NCBI RefSeq assembly: GCF_060472895.1
Contig: NZ_CM192139.1
Length of the DNA stretch: 32,000 bases
Reading direction: 5' to 3' (one strand)
A program made the position numbers and the translations under genes. Position 1 is the first letter of the stretch; each line of letters begins with the position of its first letter. The notes below the pieces were generated by a model. That model was not told the DNA's origin and searched no databases. It saw only the letters and a program-made list of their open reading frames with translations. Positions 28,262 through 32,000 of this stretch are shown piece by piece.

Positions 28262-29651
28262 GTTCTGGCTCCTGTTTTGCGTTTCGGGGTTGAGTAAGGA
28301 AATAAGCACCATAGCACAACGCAACAAACGGTAACCCGCACCACAACGCAATTCTCTGCGCTGGATCGAATGCCAGCCCAACACAGGCCACCAGGCACAG
28401 CACAAAACCTAATACTGGCACCAGCGGATACCACGGCGCGCGATAATGTAATTCACTCAATGCCTTACCTTGTTGCAGATGACGGCGACGAAAAACAAAA
28501 TGCGAGGCGCAGATACTCAGCCACACCGCTACCACCGCAAACCCGGAGATTGCCGACAGCGCAACAAATACCGTGTCCGGGGCCACCACGCTGGAAAACA
28601 GCGCCAGCACACCACCGAGCATACTGACCGACAGCGCCGTCAGTGGCACGCCGTTTTTCGTTACTCGCGCAAAACAGGCCGGTAGCGTACGTTCATTCGA
28701 CAACGACCACAGCATGCGCCCGGAGGCATATAACCCGGAGTTCGCTGCAGAAAGAATAGCCGTCAGGATCACGAAGTTAAAAATATCAGCGGCGTACGGG
28801 ATCCCTACTTTCTCAAATACCAGCACAAACGGGCTTTTCTCCACGCCCGCCTGCTGCATCGGGATCAGCGCTGCCAGCACAAACACGGTGCCGATAAAGA
28901 AAATAATCAGTCGCGCGATGGTAGTACGAATCGCTACCGGGATAACTTTGCGCGGGTTTTCCGTTTCACCGGCGGCAATGCCGATAAGCTCGGTACCCGA
29001 AAAAGCAAAGTTCACTGCCACCATAGTCATCAAAATCGGTAAGCCACCGTGCGGGAACCAGCCTTCTGCCGTGATATTACTCAGCCCCGGCGCGGGCGAG
29101 CCATCCTGCATCGGAATAAAGCCGAAAATCGCCGCCCCACCGAGGATGATAAAGGCGATGATAGTGACCACTTTGACCAGCGAGAACCAGAACTCCCCTT
29201 CGGCAAAAAAGCGCGTGGAGATAACATTCAGACCAAAAATAATCGCGCAGAACACCACGCACCAGACCCATACCGGCACCTGTGGAAACCAGTACTGCAT
29301 ACAGAATCCAGCGGCGGTAAAGCTCGAACCCAGCGCCACGGTCCAGGTCAGCCAGTAAAGCCAGGCCACGGTATACCCGGTAGCCGGACCAAGATAGCGC
29401 GCGGCATAAACGTGAAACGCTCCGGTCTCCGGCATCGCGACCGACAGCTCGCCCAGACACTGCATAACCAGCCAGACCACCAGCGCACCAATCAGATAGG
29501 CCAGCAGCGTTCCCGCCGCTCCAGTGGTGGAAATGATGTACCCGGTATTGAAGAATAATCCTGTGCCAATCACGCCGCCCAAGGAAAGCATAATCAGGTG
29601 ACGCGTTTTCATTGTGCGCTTCAGTGGCGCATTTTGTTGTGTTGTTTGCAT
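28248..29651 (-). CDS. mmuP: S-methylmethionine permease
   Basis: [41 protein letters not shown]..., an amino-acid permease. Overlaps the mmuM start. ATG at 29651. Confidence 0.95.
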   Translation of the reverse strand: MQTTQQNAPLKRTMKTRHLIMLSLGGVIGTGLFFNTGYIISTTGAAGTLLAYLIGALVVWLVMQCLGELSVAMPETGAFHVYAARYLGPATGYTVAWLYWLTWTVALGSSFTAAGFCMQYWFPQVPVWVWCVVFCAIIFGLNVISTRFFAEGEFWFSLVKVVTIIAFIILGGAAIFGFIPMQDGSPAPGLSNITAEGWFPHGGLPILMTMVAVNFAFSGTELIGIAAGETENPRKVIPVAIRTTIARLIIFFIGTVFVLAALIPMQQAGVEKSPFVLVFEKVGIPYAADIFNFVILTAILSAANSGLYASGRMLWSLSNERTLPACFARVTKNGVPLTALSVSMLGGVLALFSSVVAPDTVFVALSAISGFAVVAVWLSICASHFVFRRRHLQQGKALSELHYRAPWYPLVPVLGFVLCLVACVGLAFDPAQRIALWCGLPFVALCYGAYFLTQPRNAKQEPEHVAE

Positions 29652-29661
29652 ATAACCTTCT

Positions 29662-29685
29662 AAACGTATGGACATCTAAACATCC
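29662..29685. promoter_or_regulatory. Tandem met boxes (MetJ-like operator) upstream of mmuP
   Basis: Three consecutive 8-mers aaacgtat-ggacatct-aaacatcc resembling AGACGTCT, located just upstream of mmuP. Confidence 0.6.
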
Positions 29686-29925
29686 AAAGAAGGTTTGTTA
29701 TACCGCGTTTGTTAACAGAATGCAAAGTCAACCCTGCACCAGACGCAGATGCCCGCGCCGGGCGCTTAATAGCGGGTGGGGATTAATAATCAGATACAAA
29801 AAGGGCCGCCAGCTCATAACGCCTCCGTTGCCATGTTTTATCTAAACTTTGGCACCACAGTTGACTGACGGCGTTAACCCGGAAGTGGGAATCAAATCTC
29901 CCCACTCCCACAACCGGATGAATGC

Positions 29926-31137
29926 TTAAGCACCGCTGGCCGGGATCGGCATCTGTGATTTGCGGCTCATCAGAATAAATACCGCCAGGCCTGCCAGCAA
30001 AATGCCCGGCGCAGAAGCCGCCATCACCCCTACCGTTCCGGTACCGAGCGCTAACATTTTCCCTGCCAGCAGCGGACCGCTCATCGCCCCCAGACGCCCG
30101 ACTGCGACGGCGGTTCCCACGCCTGTGGCGCGGATCTGCGTGCTGTAAAACAGCGGCGCCAGCGCATACAACACACTTTGCCCGCCGGTGGCGAACATCC
30201 CCGCCACAAATCCCGCCATTAGCATGCCGCTCAATGACGACACCGTACCCAGCGCCAGCAGTGAAGCCAACATCCCGGTGTAGATCAGCAGCGACATCAC
30301 CACCGGGCGCAGTTTATCCATTAACGCCCCGAGAATTAACGTGCCGCTGGCCGCGCCAATTTGCAGAGCAAACATTACGCCTGCCGCCTGCGATGGCCGA
30401 AAGCCCTGCTCCACCAGCAGCATCGGCAGCCAGTTGATCAGCATATACACCACCAGCAGGATGAAGAAATAGCACAACCACAGCAGCAGCGTGGCACTCG
30501 CCGTCGCTGGCGCAAACAGGGCGCGCAACGGTGCGGCGGCCACCTGCGTTTGTTGGGTATAAACCTGAGATTCCGGCAGCCAGCGCATCAACAGCGGCAC
30601 CAGCAGCAGCGGGATCACCCCGCCTACCCAGAACACCGTTTGCCAGGCGGAGGCCAGGCCGCTAAACCCGAGCGCTGCCGCCAGCGCCGCGCCAATCGGC
30701 ACACCGCAGTACATCAGGCTCACCGCCGTACCGCGAAAACGCGGGCCCGCCGCCTCGGAAGTCAGCGCGATCAGATTCGGCAACGCCGCGCCCAGCCCGA
30801 CGCCGGTCATCAGACGGGCAAACACCAGCGATGAGAAATCCCAGGAAATCGCCGTCGCCAGCGAGAACAGGCCGAACAGCGCCACAGAGGCAATGAGAAT
30901 ACGCTTGCGGCCATAGCGGTCGGCCAGCATGCCGCCCACCAGCGCGCCGGGCAGCAGCCCGAGAATGCCCGCACTGAAGATCCAGCCCATCTGCATTTTA
31001 TCCAGCGCAAACGCGTGGGCGATACCGACGGCAGCGATACCGGCGGCCTGTAAATCCAGCCCTTCCATCAGGGCAACTAAAAAGCAAAGCCCAACGGTCA
31101 ACGTCAGGCGGTAAGATGCGGAGGTACGGGTCGTCAT
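29926..31137 (-). CDS. mhpT: 3-(3-hydroxyphenyl)propionate MFS transporter
   Basis: MTTRTSASYRLTLTVGLCFLVALMEGLDLQAAGIAAVGIAHAFALDKMQMGWIFSAG...LADRYGRKRILI, an MhpT match. The ATG nearest an RBS-like sequence is at 31137. Confidence 0.93.
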   Translation of the reverse strand: MTTRTSASYRLTLTVGLCFLVALMEGLDLQAAGIAAVGIAHAFALDKMQMGWIFSAGILGLLPGALVGGMLADRYGRKRILIASVALFGLFSLATAISWDFSSLVFARLMTGVGLGAALPNLIALTSEAAGPRFRGTAVSLMYCGVPIGAALAAALGFSGLASAWQTVFWVGGVIPLLLVPLLMRWLPESQVYTQQTQVAAAPLRALFAPATASATLLLWLCYFFILLVVYMLINWLPMLLVEQGFRPSQAAGVMFALQIGAASGTLILGALMDKLRPVVMSLLIYTGMLASLLALGTVSSLSGMLMAGFVAGMFATGGQSVLYALAPLFYSTQIRATGVGTAVAVGRLGAMSGPLLAGKMLALGTGTVGVMAASAPGILLAGLAVFILMSRKSQMPIPASGA

Positions 31138-31206
31138 AAGATGTCCCTCTGAGGTCACGATGCAGGTGAATCGCGGCTGATACGTTGCCAGCCGCGTAAT
31201 CATTTT

Positions 31207-32000
31207 TTATTTGCGGTTGTGCAGGTCCAGCGCTACGTCGACGATCATATCTTCCTAGCCGCCCACCATCCGACGTTTGCCCAGTTCCACCAGAATATCT
31301 ACTGCGCTCAGGCCATAACGTGCTGCCGCCACTTCGCAATGACGCAGAAAACTGGAGTACACCCCGGCATAGCCCAGCGCCAGCGTTTCACGATCCACCC
31401 GCACCGGGCGGTCTTGTAGTGGACGCACTAAATCGTCGGCGGCGTCCATCAGTGCGTAGAGATCGGTTCCGTGCTGCCAACCAAGCTTATCCGCAGCGGC
31501 GATAAATACCTCCAATGGTGCGTTGCCCGCGCCTGCGCCCATCCCTGCCAGGCTGGCGTCGACACGGTCACACCCCTCTTCTACTGCGGCAATCGAGTTC
31601 GTCACCCCAAGACTCAGGTTGTGATGCGCATGCATTCCGGTTTCTGTTTCAGGCTTCAGCACCGCTTTCAGTGCGCGGAAGCGGGCGCGAATATCGCTCA
31701 TGTTCATTGCGCCGCCGGAATCGACCACATAAATACAGGTCGCGCCGTAGTTTTCCATCAGCTTCGCCTGCTGTGCCAGGTTCTCCGGTGTGGTCATATG
31801 GCTCATCATCAGAAAACCGATGGTATCCATGCCAAGCTCACGCGCATACTGAATATGCTGGGCCGACACATCCGCTTCAGTGCAGTGGGTCGCCACGCGC
31901 ACTACCCGTGCGCCGGCCTGATATGCATTTTTCAGGTCATGAATAGTGCCGATACCCGGCAGCAACAGCGTGGCAATTTTGGCATGCTTCACCACGTCCG
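31207..32000 (-). pseudogene. mhpE: 4-hydroxy-2-oxovalerate aldolase with a premature TAG near the C-terminus (also runs off the window)
   Basis: [40 protein letters not shown]...LGKRRMVGG*, with in-frame continuation EDMIVDVALDLHNRK* to 31207. K-12 MhpE has Q at this stop position. Confidence 0.88.

Noticed and set aside
28573-29558. Plus-strand ORFs (261 and 169 aa) opposite mmuP
   Set aside because: Antisense to a well-identified permease. Typical high-GC shadow ORFs.
30361-30834. 157-aa plus-strand ORF opposite mhpT
   Set aside because: Histidine/glutamine/arginine-rich shadow translation of a transporter gene.

Overview
The window reads as an Escherichia coli accessory mosaic assembled around a tRNA-Thr (thrW-type) attachment site. 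No database search was run, so family and homolog names come from recognising the translations. From left to right: (1) a truncated IS1, a 3' hsdR remnant (type IC-like), and a complete 1196-bp IS5/ISKpn26-type element inserted at the hsdR stop codon with TTAG target duplications. (2) A frameshifted CPBP-type membrane protease remnant that is absent from the ORF track. (3) A full oligogalacturonide/pectin catabolic locus: OmpG/KdgM-like porin, PL9 PelX-like periplasmic lyase, GPH transporter, KdgF-type cupin, KduD/DhuD-type SDR, oligogalacturonate lyase, and a divergent RpiB/LacAB-type DhuI-like isomerase. A good KdgR-like operator candidate lies in the divergent intergenic region. (4) Scrambled island debris: an AlpA-like ORF, an IS2 fragment, a 768-bp IS1, a cut gene and an unidentified 198-aa ORF. 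(5) A compact ~3.8-kb integrase module (P4-type integrase, AlpA, three small ORFs, a pRiA4b ORF-3 family protein). It is bracketed by imperfect direct repeats of the tRNA-Thr 3' end and by a 19/20-matching repeat just inside each end. (6) A CP4-6-like block (intF, yagN, a small HTH gene, yagM, yagL, yagK) ending in an IS1-truncated helicase/restriction-like gene. (7) afuB', a doubly damaged afuC, mmuM and mmuP with MetJ-like boxes, joined to mhpT and an mhpE with a premature stop, an unusual arrangement relative to K-12. The strongest candidate for an under-described unit is the ~3.8-kb module. Other items worth checking are the nested inverted repeats ahead of yagK, the degenerate serine-recombinase-like YagL, and the unidentified 14059-14655 ORF.
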